Shown piece by piece: positions 1 to 11,834 of a DNA stretch of 64,000 nt (positions are counted from its first letter, which is position 1; the number at the start of each line of letters is the position of its first letter). Source of the DNA: Camelus ferus (lineage: Eukaryota); assembly GCF_009834535.1 (NCBI RefSeq), contig NC_045696.1:118794001-118858000 (forward strand), written 5' to 3'. The notes beneath the pieces are model-generated. The model saw only the letters and a list, made by a program, of their open reading frames with translations. It made no database searches and was not told the origin of the DNA. The position numbers and the translations under genes were made by a program.

Positions 1-1554
1 TGCCCAACTCCAGCTTGTGACGTCAGCCCCAATAAATTCAACCAACGGGCTTTTCTAAAATAAGCATCTAAAAATAAAAATCCAAAGGCTAACAATCTAT
101 GTTTGCTTCCAAATCAATAGACCTAGAAACTCGAGAAGACGAAACGCTAGGAGTTTGAATCCACCCACCTTCCAACAGCTATCACACCACCGCCCTAAAA
201 GAAAACACGAGCAGAACCCTCCCCCTCGCTGCTGTCTGCAGCGGGAATTAAATTCCCACCATGTCCACGAGCACACGTGGGCCGTCGCTGATTTTCAGGA
301 AGCCAAAACGGAACACGTGGATGGACCGTGTTCCCAAAATGTCTATCCTTGGACAGACACGAGGGCAGATGATTCAAACGATACAGCTAGCTGCTTGAAA
401 GTTTTTAAATTTGAGTGAAGGTTAGGGACAGGTCTAATATCATTCCTCAAACACCTGTGTACATTTTCCTCACATTTCTGGATTCTTTTGTCACTTTTTA
501 GGCTGACAGTGTTGGCTGTCTCACAAATAAGAAAGCAGTGAACTGAATGTGAATCCTCCAAATAAAGACCTCAGGCCTGGGCGAGGCGTTAACAGAAGAG
601 GAGGTATGTGGACAAGACACCCTGAAGGCATCTTCAGCTCCAAATTTCCAAGGAGGGGCCTGGCGTCAGTCTCATTAAACTGCTTCTAAGTGCTACTTTT
701 GTACTACACATGCAACAAAAGGCAGGCTCCTGGCACCGGGTACCATGTAGAGATGAATTCTGACAAGGGCCAATCAGAATCTGCCCGGAAAAAACCTAAT
801 GTGCTGTCTTCCAAAGTGGATGGCTTTCTCCGGGGCTGTGGCTTCCCTTCCGCTGGCCAGGCGACTCCTGTACAAGGAACACCAAGGCCGGCCGGACTCA
901 GAGAGCCTGAGGAGAGCGAGGCTTCTTGTATTTCTTTCCACATGCTTTTCTGTTTTCAACAATACCTCTTCTTTAGCAATGGTCACTGTGATCACTGAAA
1001 GTTGACTGTAATTATTACTCTATAATCCTTTAAAAATTCATTAATGGGCATTTTACACAGTGCAGGAATCCTTCATCTTAATCTGGTTATCCCAAAGCTT
1101 TATAAAGTCATCAAGCTTTTTTTTTTTTGTAAACAGATCCAAACATGATCAATTGCTTGTCCTGTATAAGCAATGTTTTCAGCAGATTTATAACTTGCTC
1201 CAGTTAAGCAAATAATAAAAATACATTTAGCAATGAGTTAACACAATTGCATCACACAGGCAGTTGTGCTTTCAAACAGTACTAAAAACGGTGTATGACA
1301 AGTAAATTTCAATGTGAAACATCAAATTACACATCACTCGCCACCTTTCAGGCCAATTTTTCATAAAGTAATTCCTACTGCATTATTAAGGGAAAACCCG
1401 ATGTAAAACCATAACCTGTTATCCAAAATTAATGCAAGTACGACATTCTCTTTTAGAGGCTGAGTCTGTGACATGCCTCTTTTGCCTTCTCTGTTTGGTC
1501 TGTATGGTCAGTGTTCATAAAAAAGGAAGCACCTTTAAAAGCCAGCAACAAGGT

Positions 1555-1702
1555 GGGGAGGGTGTAGCTCAGTGGTAGAGCACGTGCTTAGCATGAACGA
1601 GGTCCTGAGTTCAATCCCCAGTACCCTCATATAAACAAATAAATAAATACCTAATTACCCCCCCAAAATAAAGACTAAATAAAAATTTTAAATTTAAAAA
1701 AA
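1555..1702 (+). mobile_element. Camelid tRNA-derived SINE (vic-1-like)
   Basis: GGGGAGGGTGTAGCTCAGTGGTAGAGC A-box, GAGTTCAATCCC B-box, AT-rich tail, and flanking CAGCAACA duplication. Confidence 0.9.
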
Positions 1703-2314
1703 TTCAGCAACAGTGAGAGGGAAACTGAACCATATGTGAGGAAAACACAGGCCCCTAATTTCTGGCCGGGTGTGTGACTCATAGTCATTACACACGTAGT
1801 CATGGAAGAGCTTTGTTACAAGCTTTGATTAATTTTCCAGATTTTCCCCAGCTGGGGAGGTGTTTCATCTGAATAGGTCAACTGTCCACAGACGGCCACA
1901 ACCTGCAAATCTTGTGCAGCCTGGAAGGGCAAGCAGGTATTTTAGGAAAGAAGAACCCTGTTCTTTGATTTATGCCATCAGCACAGCAAGTAACTAAGTG
2001 TAACGACCGTAAGTGACTCAGCCTAGAAGTGCCGTGTGACTCCTGCCTTCGACTGGAGTCGACTGAGGCCCACAACAGGTAAGTCTCTCGAGACAGCAAC
2101 CTCCCAGCTTCTCAAGTCGACCCTCAGGCCTCAGGTCAGTGATTCCATCTGCAATGTAACTTTCAGTATTATGAAATGTAATTGTATTTCCACTGGAGTT
2201 GATGGAAAGGTGCCTTCCGGAAGCCAGTCTGCCCCGAAGACAACCACCCCATCTGCCTTGAAAGGAGACCACAGAAAAGTCAAATTTAAGGTCTGGCCAA
2301 GCTCACCTGCTCCA

Positions 2315-2530
2315 CAGTGACTGTAGCAGGGATTACGTGCCCCTGAGGGGACACTCTGCAGTGTCTGGGATGACACTGTTTCACTGTCATGGCCGGGGGG
2401 GCGGGGTGCTACTGGCATCTAGAGGAAAGATCAGGGATATCGCTAAACATCCTATGACACAAAGGCTAGCCCCTCACAGTGAAGAATCCTCCAGCCCAAA
2501 ATGTCAGCAGTGCTGAGTCTGGAAACCCTG
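2315..2530 (+). mobile_element. MER20 (hAT-Charlie)
   Basis: Contains TGCTACTGGCATCTAG...CTAAACATCCTA...CCCAAAATGTCAGCAGTGCTGAG...AAACCCTG, matching the recalled consensus. Confidence 0.85.
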
Positions 2531-3859
2531 GACTATAAAGACTGAAGGATTAATACCTTCACCCGGACAACACAACGCGGAGAACTGGGCCCGAATAAAC
2601 AGAAAGACGACTTCCAACACTCATCCTCCCGAGGCCCACGCCAAGGGTAGTCAAAGACAGCCTTGATTTTGAAACCATATTGCTAAGCCTGCTGAAATAA
2701 ACGTTTTTACAAAATCATGTATTCATTTTCCTAGCTAACATATGCAGCCTTTAAAAAAAAAGACCTAATCCTCCCCTCACCCAAAAAAAATTTCCCCAGG
2801 GAAATAATCTTTTGTTCTTTCAGGGATGCAGTTACACTTAACATTTTCCCTAAATTTATGTCAAATGATGAGCACTGAACACAGCTTGCTTGCTTGCTTG
2901 CTTGCTTTTCTTTCTTTTTTGAAAAACAAGTTGGCAAGAACATAGAGAACAGACAAACCACAGACTTTATCAAACAGAATCACATGGCACTCTGGGTGGC
3001 CTGGAAGGCACAGAACCCCAGCTCAGGCTCCTGCAACGGCATTTACTGAGAAGCCCGGCTTCGGGGAGCGGGTGGGACAGGCTGGTGCGGGCACCCCAGC
3101 CCCAGGAGACGGGCGCACACGCAGTCCCGGCACCAGACTCATTTCTCGATTTCTCCTGAACAGGCCAATCAGGACAGTGCTTTCTAGAACACCAATCAGG
3201 CTCCAGAATGAAAAAATAAAATGTGTAAGAAATTGCAGACTTCCATGAGGCATCTCTTGCTGAAAGTTCGGGAAATGTTTATCTTGCTGCCCAAATGACT
3301 AACGCCAGGGGCTGTGGCATTGTGTTTCCTGAGTCACGTGGGGGCTTTGCTTCAGGACGGTGGGTCAGGATTCCACCATCTCTGGTCCTGTTCTGAGACC
3401 CTCTACTGCGGTCAAGAGAAGGGGTTGTCCTGGGCGGTCCCTGTAGAAAGGAACCTATGACCGTGTGAAGATTACAGCCACCTTCCACCCGAAAAGCCAT
3501 TTCGATGTTTGCATTAATGTTTCAAAGAGGAAGGAACTTTGAACTTTAAGTGAAATGCAGGTTACAACCACATAAACCATGAGCAGTCTTTTATAACCTG
3601 AACTTTCCCATGCACTCCTGATCACAAACATTCTTTTCTGTTGACTGCCTAAGATACCAAATGTCTCAGAAATTTAAATATCACTACATCTAATGTCTGA
3701 AACTGCCTCCCATGCAAATTACATAAAAATTCTTTTATTTAAATTTTTTTCATAAAAATTCTTTTAGATGACGTATGTATCCTGATTTTTGGTTTCAGGA
3801 AAAAAAGATTTGTTTTTACTCTTTTTTTAAACTATGGGGAACTCAAAAGGTAGATTCCT

Positions 3860-4830
3860 ATGACAAACACCAGAAAAATCCTGATTAATTAAAGATTTAA
3901 AGGTAGAAAATGAAAATAAATGTGAATATTTGTACAAATTCCCATCCTTATGTAACCCAGGATTGAGGAAGGACTCTTTCGACACTAAACTGAAGACAGA
4001 AAGCATGAACAAAACATTTTGTTACATTTTAGAAAAATCTTCCTGATCAACAAAAGCAACATAAACAACAGTAAGCGCCATAACCAACTAGTGGAATGCT
4101 ACAACAATCAGGGACACCCGGCAACAAAGATAGAAGACTAAATATTTATAAAGCCCTTGGAAATCAAAAAGACAAACGGCTGAGGAAAAAAATAAGCAAA
4201 AAACATGAACATGTAATTCATGGAAAAATAAACATGAAAAAACTTCAATCTCCCCAGTGCTCACAAAAACACAAATTAAAACAAAGATATGCATTTTCTG
4301 CCTATTAAATGAGTGTTGGTGGATAGTGATGGTGACATGCAGCGAGGCTGAAGCTGCGAGGAGACAGGGCCTTCCTCGCTGCTCGTGGACCTGCAAATAG
4401 GTAAAGCCTTTATGGGTTTGCTCACCTACAGCAACAGACTCACAGACATAGTAAATGATCTTAGTGCCAAGGAAAGGGGGTGGGAAGGGGTACGTTTGGG
4501 AGTTTGAGATTTTTGCAAATGTTAGCCACTACACATAAAAATAGATTTTTTTTTAAGTTTCTTCTGTATATAGCACAGGGAACTATGTTCAACATCTTGT
4601 AATAACCTTTAATGGAAAAAATATGAAAACAAATATATGTATGTATCTGCGTGACTGGGACATTGTGCTGTACACCAGAAATTAACACATTGCAACTGAC
4701 TGTACTTCAATTAAAAAAAAAATGTTCCCTTTGATTCCATTTCCAGGGTTTATCCAAAAGAAATGATATGAGATGTTCATAAAGATGCACATATTAAATG
4801 CACTGTTTATCGTTTTAAGTGAACAACCAG
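3860..4830 (+). mobile_element. Old L1M ORF2/3' fragment, interrupted by a younger L1 3' end
   Basis: Degenerate, A-rich L1 ORF2 3'-like sequence that resumes after 4722. Confidence 0.6.
4425..4722 (+). mobile_element. Younger L1 3' UTR fragment
   Basis: ACAGACTCACAGACATAG...ATAGCACAGGGAACTAT...GCTGTACACCAGAAATTAACACA...TACTTCAATTAAAAAAA. Confidence 0.9.
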
Positions 4831-4859
4831 GGGCCTGCGTGTCTGGGCCTCGTGCCCAC

Positions 4860-5700
4860 CTCCCGCAGTGACTGACTGCCACTAGTTCCACCACCTGAGG
4901 GTGCCCAGCAGTCTGCCTCTCCCATCACCTCGTTCAGCCCCCATCTCTTCACTCAGGGGCCCGCAACAGCTCCCTACACAGCATCCTGTCCCTTTGCAGG
5001 TCTTCCTCCCTCCACCTGCCATCAGAATGAGATTTTTTTAAATTGATGTATAGGTGATTTCCAATGTTGTGCTAGTTTCAGGTGTACAGCAAAGTGATTG
5101 AGTTATACATACATAATGTTCTTTTTCACATTCTTTTCCATTACAGGCTATTACAAAATAATGAATACAGTTCCCTGTGCTGCACAGTAGGACCTTGTTA
5201 TTCATCTTTTCTATATACAGTAGTTTGTATCTGCTAATCCCAAACTCCTAATTTATCCCTCCCCCAACCCCTGCCCCTTTCCGCTTTGGTAATCATAGTT
5301 TGTTTTCTACGCCTGTGAGAATCAGATTTTAAGAAGACAAATCGAGTAACTTCACACCCTTGGCAAAAGCTTCAAGGGTCTTCCGCAGCCTTAAGTCCAA
5401 ACTCCTGACCCCTGGTCGAGAGCCGTGGCTCTCCTGACCTCTGGTCACCCAGCCAGCGTCCCCTCCCCGCCCCCAGGACACTCTGAAGTTCCCGCAGCGG
5501 GCCAAGCGGGTCTCTGTGTGCGCAGCTCCCTCTCCTGACCTACCCTCCTGCAGCGCATCCTCGGGGCCAGGGCCGCAGGCGCCACCTGGGGGAGCCTCCG
5601 CGCCCACGACCTCGGCACACCCTGTCCACGTGCCTCGCCCCAACCCCACCGCGTGGGAATGAGGGGCTTAACTGTGGGTCACCTGGCTTGCAGGTTTCTC
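4860..5700 (+). mobile_element. L2 fragments (GC-rich), interrupted by an L1 at 5033-5320
   Basis: Degenerate L2 3'-region motifs such as AAAGCTTCAAGGGTCTTCC...AAGTCCAAACTCCT. Confidence 0.55.
5033..5320 (-). mobile_element. L1 3' UTR fragment
   Basis: Reverse of the L1 3' end (TTCAGGTGTACAGCAAAGTGATT, TTCCCTGTGCT, TAATCCCAAACTCC), flanked by GAAT(G/C)AGATTTT repeats. Confidence 0.9.
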
Positions 5701-6021
5701 AGGTCACCTTTCTCATGGCTTTGCCTTCTCAGAGGACACAAATGCCTCTGCAAGCCCGCCACCCCGTCCTTACACACACGCCAAGCCCTTCCAGGTCCAC
5801 AACGTCCGCCAGCAACGCTCCTGTCACTCACACTCCACCCTCCACGGCACACACGCCTGGGGCAGCGGCCGGAGACAGCGAGACTCCAGGTGGGCACCGG
5901 TCCTGAAAACTTGGCCCTTGAGACGTCACAGGTGCATACAGTGGACACCACATGAACTAACTAGTAGGATGATGATCAAATCCAGGCCTACAGATATATA
6001 TAAACTCAGATTCAACTAAAA

Positions 6022-6150
6022 TTTTTTAATTCTTTTTGGGGGGAGGTAATTAGGCTTTTATTTATTTATTTTAATGGAAGTACTGGGGATTGAACCCAGG
6101 ACCTTGTGCATGCTAGGCACACGCTCTACCACTGAGCCATACTTTCCCCC
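6022..6150 (-). mobile_element. Camelid SINE with a perfect 15-bp TSD
   Basis: SINE body on the minus strand. CAGATTCAACTAAAA occurs at 6007-6021 and 6151-6165. Confidence 0.95.
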
Positions 6151-6171
6151 CAGATTCAACTAAAAGTGAAG

Positions 6172-6418
6172 TGAGCGTTTGTTCTATGTCAGAACTTACT
6201 CTAGGACTTACTCTATGCAAAGTGCTTTCATATCCAGTATCTCCCTGAATCCCTGAAATAACTTTTTCGGGTAGGTGTTATTATTATTCTCATTTTGCAA
6301 GGGAGGAAACGGACCCTGTGAGACACTGGAGACTTGCCGGGGTCACTCAGGTCGTAAGTGGCAGCAACAGGACTGGAACCTGGGCTGTCAGATTCCGACA
6401 CCAGCACTTTCCTCTGTG
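6172..6418 (-). mobile_element. MIR
   Basis: MIR core: ATTATTCTCATTTTGCAAGGGAGGAAAC...ACTTGCC..GGTCAC..AGTGGCAG. Confidence 0.8.
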
Positions 6419-6889
6419 AATACTATTTATGAGGTCTTCTTTTCTAGTCTTTAACATCAACACACAATTAATTCAGCTTAATTAAATTTTGACAGCCAAC
6501 ACTCATTTGGCAACCAGGTGATTCTATCTGCTGATATCGAAAGTCTGTTATTTAAACTGTTTTTATAGGAACAGAACTTTTATGCGCTTTTTTTCTAAGG
6601 AAGAGAAGCAGATGGGGAGGGAAGAGGGAAAAAAAGAGTAGAAAGAGATTAAACGAGAAATAATAAGCATCATTTAAGGGTTCCTCTCCTACCTCATATA
6701 TCTTTTTCTAAACTCAAGTCAATTAAATCGAGCCATGGTCAGCTTCTGGGCTGACATACGTCCCAGACACAGACCTCAGTACAAGCTGGGTCCCGGACTG
6801 GGAGGAAGAGAATTTGGATCTGAGCAGAAGCATTCATGCCAAGATATGGGCCCTACCCACCCTATCACCACATTTATAGAGAAAAAAAT

Positions 6890-7000
6890 TACAGTGACTT
6901 GACCAGAATATACATCTCAGAACATGGGGTAATCAGATGTACACTGGAGGTCAGTGAAAAAGGAGACGAAGGTGCTTCCAAGGTTTCTTGCTTGGGCCAT

Positions 7001-7041
<41 letters not shown>

Positions 7042-7240
7042 ATGCCGTTAATGACACAGGAACTCTTGGAGGGGAAGCAGACCAAAGGGGAAAATCAGGA
7101 GCGGCACCTGGGACATGCTGACCTTCCGGGGCCTGGAAGAGAGTTCCATGAGGCTTAAGAAATTCAGGGACGCGAGGTGAGGGGGATGATGGGGTTGCCA
7201 GATCTGAGACTTGTCCCTCGGGATGTTGATGGAAGCATCC
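6890..7240 (-). mobile_element. L2 fragment
   Basis: Purine-rich degenerate L2 (CCAAGGTTTCTTGCTTGGG...GGACATGCTGA), split by an (AAC)n repeat. Confidence 0.55.
7001..7040 (+). repeat. (AAC)13 microsatellite
   Basis: Perfect trinucleotide repeat. Confidence 0.97.
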
Positions 7241-8211
7241 CTTGTTTATTATTCTTGGTTCAATTTCTTAGAAATGAACAGAGGCTGCAGAAGGCTGGGT
7301 CAAAAGGGCAAACACTGACTTGCGAGGAAAGCCCTTGGAGTTAAAGAAAACAGTCACTCTGGCTCTCTTATTTATAGCAGCTCTGATCAAAACAGAGATA
7401 TGATCAGCCAAGGTCCTCTCCAGACTTGTGCAGGACCACTGATGCCCAGAGAGAATACATAACAATGAGGAGCCTTTGGAACACGGCCGCTCCCAGCACT
7501 GCTCTGCCCCGCAGAGGCGGGGCCAGCGTCTCCTCCCAGCCACCAGCACCTGGGCACCTGCAGCGCTGCCCCGCGTGCGGGCGCCCTCCTGTCCCCTTGG
7601 GAATCTGGCCTGTCTTCAAATGAGGGGATGGAAATAGGAACCCATGAGGTTGCCTCCTCCAGCTAAATGGAGAAATAACCAAGGCATACTCTCAACTACT
7701 CTAAATACTTTTGAGATTAAAGGAAGAGGGAAGAAACGTGGGGAAGAAACGTGGGACTTTTCCCTCGGAAGAGCACTGCTCCGGGTTCTGAGATGGAAGA
7801 CACACCGGCCACATTCTGGCTGGGAGGATATGACCTACACTAAGGGTGACGTGACTCTGCCTCTGTGGCTACCTTGGCCAAGCCCCCTCCCAGAACACAT
7901 CTCCACCTGTAAGGAGAGGCCTCGTCTACCTGAGAGTCCCTGAGAGCCTTCCTTGGAGAGGCTGGATCCTGGATGCCAGCGTGGAGCCTTCTTTAAGTTT
8001 CGGGAAGGCCCAGTCCTCCCAGATTCGGGGATGGTGGGAAAGCTTCCTGGAGGACTGGAGACTGTCCAGAGACGGGGGAGAAGGAAGAACACACCACATC
8101 CATGGCCCCCAGAGCAGGAGAAGTGTTGGCAGATGTATCTGCGCACGGAGTACTCAGGCGGACTGAAGCCCACGGCCATAGTTGAATAGGCTGAGAGGCT
8201 GGGGAGGCTTT

Positions 8212-8310
8212 TTATCATTTATTTATTTGTAGTGGAGGAACTGGGGACTGAACCCAGGACCTCGTGCATGCTAGGCAGGCGCTCTACCACTGAGCTATAC
8301 TCTACCCCTA
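8212..8310 (-). mobile_element. Camelid SINE
   Basis: CTGGGGACTGAACCCAGGACCTCGTGCATGCTAGGC...CTCTACCACTGAGCTATAC. Confidence 0.9.
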
Positions 8311-8599
8311 CCCTGTGCCAGGCTCTTTTCTAAACTTAAGAAGGACTCAAAGCGACTCCCAGAGTGCTGGGTGACTTTGCCACACTGCCCCGAATCCTTG
8401 CCTGTCTCCTCAGGGGACTTTTCTGGATTTGGAAACATGTTATCTCTGCGGCAGAGTCAACCCTGATTTTCAGGAACCTACAAGTCCCAAACCCAGCTCC
8501 ACCTAGATGCCCTGGGGCGAGTCCTGGCAAAGGGCAGGTCTCTCCCGGTCCTGGCCCCACCCCTTGGCCTCCGGGTCTCTTACCCTCAGCACTGAAATG

Positions 8600-9950
8600 T
8601 GCTCAGGCCTCTCCCTTCTCCCTTTCTTCTTTTTCCTTTAAACCTGTCCTCAAGCTCTCTCCAGCTACAATCCTCCCCCAAACCATTCACAACGAACCTT
8701 GAGAAAATGTCTCAGCTCCAGCCTCCACTTTTCCACCTCCTACTCACTCCTCAAACTGTCACTCCTTGGAATGGATGTTTGCCAAGGTCACCCACAACCT
8801 CCAGGACACTGAATGCAGTGGCTGTTTCTGAGTCCTTGTCTTATTTAATAACAATGATGCTACCACTGTTTCCCGAGCACTCCTTTTAAAAAAATTTTTT
8901 AATTGAAGTATAGTTGGTTTACAATATTGTGTTAGCTTCAGCTGTACAGCAAAGTGATTCAGTTATACATATATATATAATATATATATATTCTTTTCCA
9001 TTATAAGTTATTACAAGGTATTGAATGTAATTCCTTGTGCTATTCAGTAGGACCTAGTTGTGTTATCTATTTTATACATAGTAATGTGTATCTGCAAATC
9101 CCAAACTCCCAGTTTATCCCTTCCCATCCCCTTCCTCCACTGGTAACCACAAGTTTGTTTTCTATGTCTGTGCGTCTCTTTCTGTTTTGTAAATAAGTTC
9201 ATATGTACTAATTTTTAGATTCCACACAGAAGTGATGTCATATAGTGTTTGTCTTTGAATTACTTACTTCACTTAATGCGATAATCTCTAGGTCCATCCA
9301 TGTTGCTGCAAGTGGCATTTTTTAGGGCTGAGTAGTATTCCACTGTATAAATATACCACAACCCCTTTATCCAGTCATCTGTTGACAGACATTGAGGTTG
9401 TTTTCATGTCTTGGCTATTGTAAATAGTGCTGCTGTGAACGCTGGAGTGCAAGTGTCTTTTCGAATTAGTCTTCCCTGGAGGTATGCCCATATGCCACGT
9501 ATGACACTCCCTACCGTGTGCACTTTACAAGTCTTCACCACCAGTTGATGAAGTAGGGTTTACAAACCGCCTGTCTCCATGCTTTCTCCTCCCTCCTTCC
9601 TGGTCTCCGCTTGGGCTGCTCTTTGTCTTCCCCTTAAACACTGACATCCCCTAGCTTCTGTCCTTGGCTCCTCCCAGGGCTGCTCTATCCAGGTCCCGGC
9701 CCCAGTTACTATGCACAGGAACCACAATCCGTCTCTCCAGCCAGGCTACAGACTGGTCCCTCCAACTGGTCTACTGTCACCTCCTCAGAGGCCTCAGGGT
9801 CAACATGTCCACAGGGACCCCAGCTCCGGCACCACGTTTGAATTAGGTGCTCTAGCCGGTGCTCTCCCCAGGCCTGCCCAGCCCTGACCACCCTGTCTTG
9901 TAGTCACCTGTCCCAAGTACTATGCCTAAGCCTGGGGCTGCCACGCAGTA
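8600..9950 (+). mobile_element. L2 ORF2-region fragments, interrupted by an L1 at 8890-9490
   Basis: TTGCCAAGGTCACCCACAACCTCC...GTCCTTGTCTTA matches recalled L2 motifs, and the element continues after about 9505. Confidence 0.65.
8890..9490 (-). mobile_element. L1 3' end (about 600 bp)
   Basis: Reverse L1 3' UTR and ORF2 end (GGTCCATCCATGTTGCTGCAA, GGCTGAGTAGTATTCC). Confidence 0.92.
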
Positions 9951-10300
9951 AGGGTCACTCAGTGATCACAGAATTAACTAACGTGGAGCCATGGAGTCTT
10001 TAGCCAGTCAAGTAACCTCCCTGGACCTCAGTGTCCTCCCCTGGAAAGTGGCAGAGATGCATCAGAGGAACCATGGCGTGCTCATCCTGCAGGCTGCCCT
10101 TTGAAGGGTCTGCAGTCAAGTCAGTGGAGACAAGCTGCCGGTCCTCCTCCAGTTCACCGCAGACAGCCCAGCACAGCTCTGACAGCCACGCGCTGCTGTT
10201 TAAATAAGCATCTCCCACAGACTCTCCTCTTTCTGGAGTATCTCAGACCCTCCAGGGTGAGTGGTGCTTAGCAGGGAACACGCTTTGGCAAACACTAGAC

Positions 10301-10512
10301 CAGCGATTCTCAGTGGGGGGCAATGTTGCCCCCAGAGGACACCTGGGAAAGTCTGGGGACATTTTAGTTGTCACAAGGTGGGGGGGAGGTGCTTCTGACA
10401 TCCAGAGGGTAGAGACCAGGGATGCTGTTCCACACCCTGCGATGCACAGGAAACTCCCACACAAAGAACTCTCAGCCCTAACTGTGACTGGCGCCTGGGC
10501 TGAGAACCCCTA
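10301..10512 (+). mobile_element. MER20 (hAT-Charlie) with 8-bp TSD
   Basis: Full-length MER20-like body, with TSD CACTAGAC (10293-10300) / GACTAGAC (10513-10520). Confidence 0.9.
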
Positions 10513-11334
10513 GACTAGACTGATCTTCATTATCCAGGGTCCCTCTGGCTCTAAAGCTGCCAAGGCCACGAGCCACAAAACCGTACCAAGATGCTTCAGA
10601 TGGAGAAAATGGGATGTCCCGTTCAGAACAGAGACCAAGCAAAGATGGATTCCTTTAAAACCAAGTCAGGTTTGATCAGAGTGTTCACTGACCATTCTGG
10701 GCCATTTTCATTTTCGTCTTCAAGTGTTTATCTCATAGGTTTATTTTTAATTATTGAGTTTTGTCAACATTTTCTTTGTGTTATTCTAGTAGCATTATGT
10801 TATGGGGAAATAACTGGAAAAAAATTCACTTTAGTTACTGACTCCAACAAATAAGGCAAAATTAAAGGGAATTATGACAGCTGATAGGCTATTGTGCAAT
10901 CAAATGTTTTGCAAACATTCTGCGAAGATTTATCCAATTCTTAATTGGTGCTGAAAGGGACGATGACTTTATCGTTTCATTTCAGCTTAAAAAAAATTTT
11001 CTCTGTGTCTAGATTTCATTTGCTTCAGGAAAGAAGGAAAAGAAAAACAAATTGCTTTAATTTTATATATAGAGCAAAGGATAAAATGAATAACAGCTAC
11101 CAAAAAGCAATTTTAAATGGATTTTGTTCATCTGTTCCCCACTCCCTTTCTTCCCTCACCATCAAAAGGTTCTGATTATAAATTATTTTATTTGCTAGAA
11201 TGAAAATCTGATCATGATAGTAAAATAAGATTCATCTCCAAGCAGCTTCAGAGCATAATTTAAATATTATTTAATTATTCTTCCAGAGGAAATCTTTGCA
11301 GCTAAAGAATATAATAGTAATAATAAGGTTAACC

Positions 11335-11560
11335 AAGGCTAACATTTATCGAGCACTGGGGATGTGTCAGGCAAGTGTTTTTCACACGCAATCTCACTCT
11401 GAGACTTACAGGCACACCTGGAAGTAGACACTATTATCCATCCCATTTTACAGAGGAGAAAAATGAGGTTCAAAAAAGGGAATTATTCCCCAAAGTGACA
11501 CTGCTAAGACCCTAAAAGCAGAGCCAGCTCTCACATCTGTCTGATTCTAGAGTATTTGAT
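11335..11560 (-). mobile_element. MIR
   Basis: AACATTTATCGAGCAC...CCCATTTTACAGAGGAGAAAAATGAGG core. Confidence 0.8.
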
Positions 11561-11834
11561 TTTATGAATAACAGGCCTTGCATTGTTTGTTTGTGAGCAA
11601 TTCAAAGTTCCTTGAGCAGAAATGCCAGCTATCCTGAAAAATCCATAAAAGACTTAATTCTGATGAGCACAGCAGTAATGTTTAGAAGTACTGGAGAGAG
11701 GGATCAAAAGAAAACAGTTCTAACTGTTTTCATGCACTCTCCCTGCAAATTGTCAGCATTTGAAACATGTAGTTCATAGAAATGAGGGCCAATATGGCCA
11801 AATCCTTTGTTTTGTGAACTTGAAACAGCCACCC

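Noticed and set aside
1555..1630. tRNA-Ala-like sequences (also near 6080, 8240, 28690, 30452, 35580, 39550 and 61610)
   Set aside because: They are SINE heads with AT-rich tails, TSDs and divergent stems, not tRNA genes.
2075..2083. Perfect + strand donor CAG|GTAAGT (also near 40200 and 50395)
   Set aside because: These are isolated motifs antisense to PLCL2 with no supporting exon structure, and are expected by chance in 64 kb.
6836..7051. Poly-Asn ORF
   Set aside because: It is the translation of an (AAC)13 microsatellite inside an L2 remnant.
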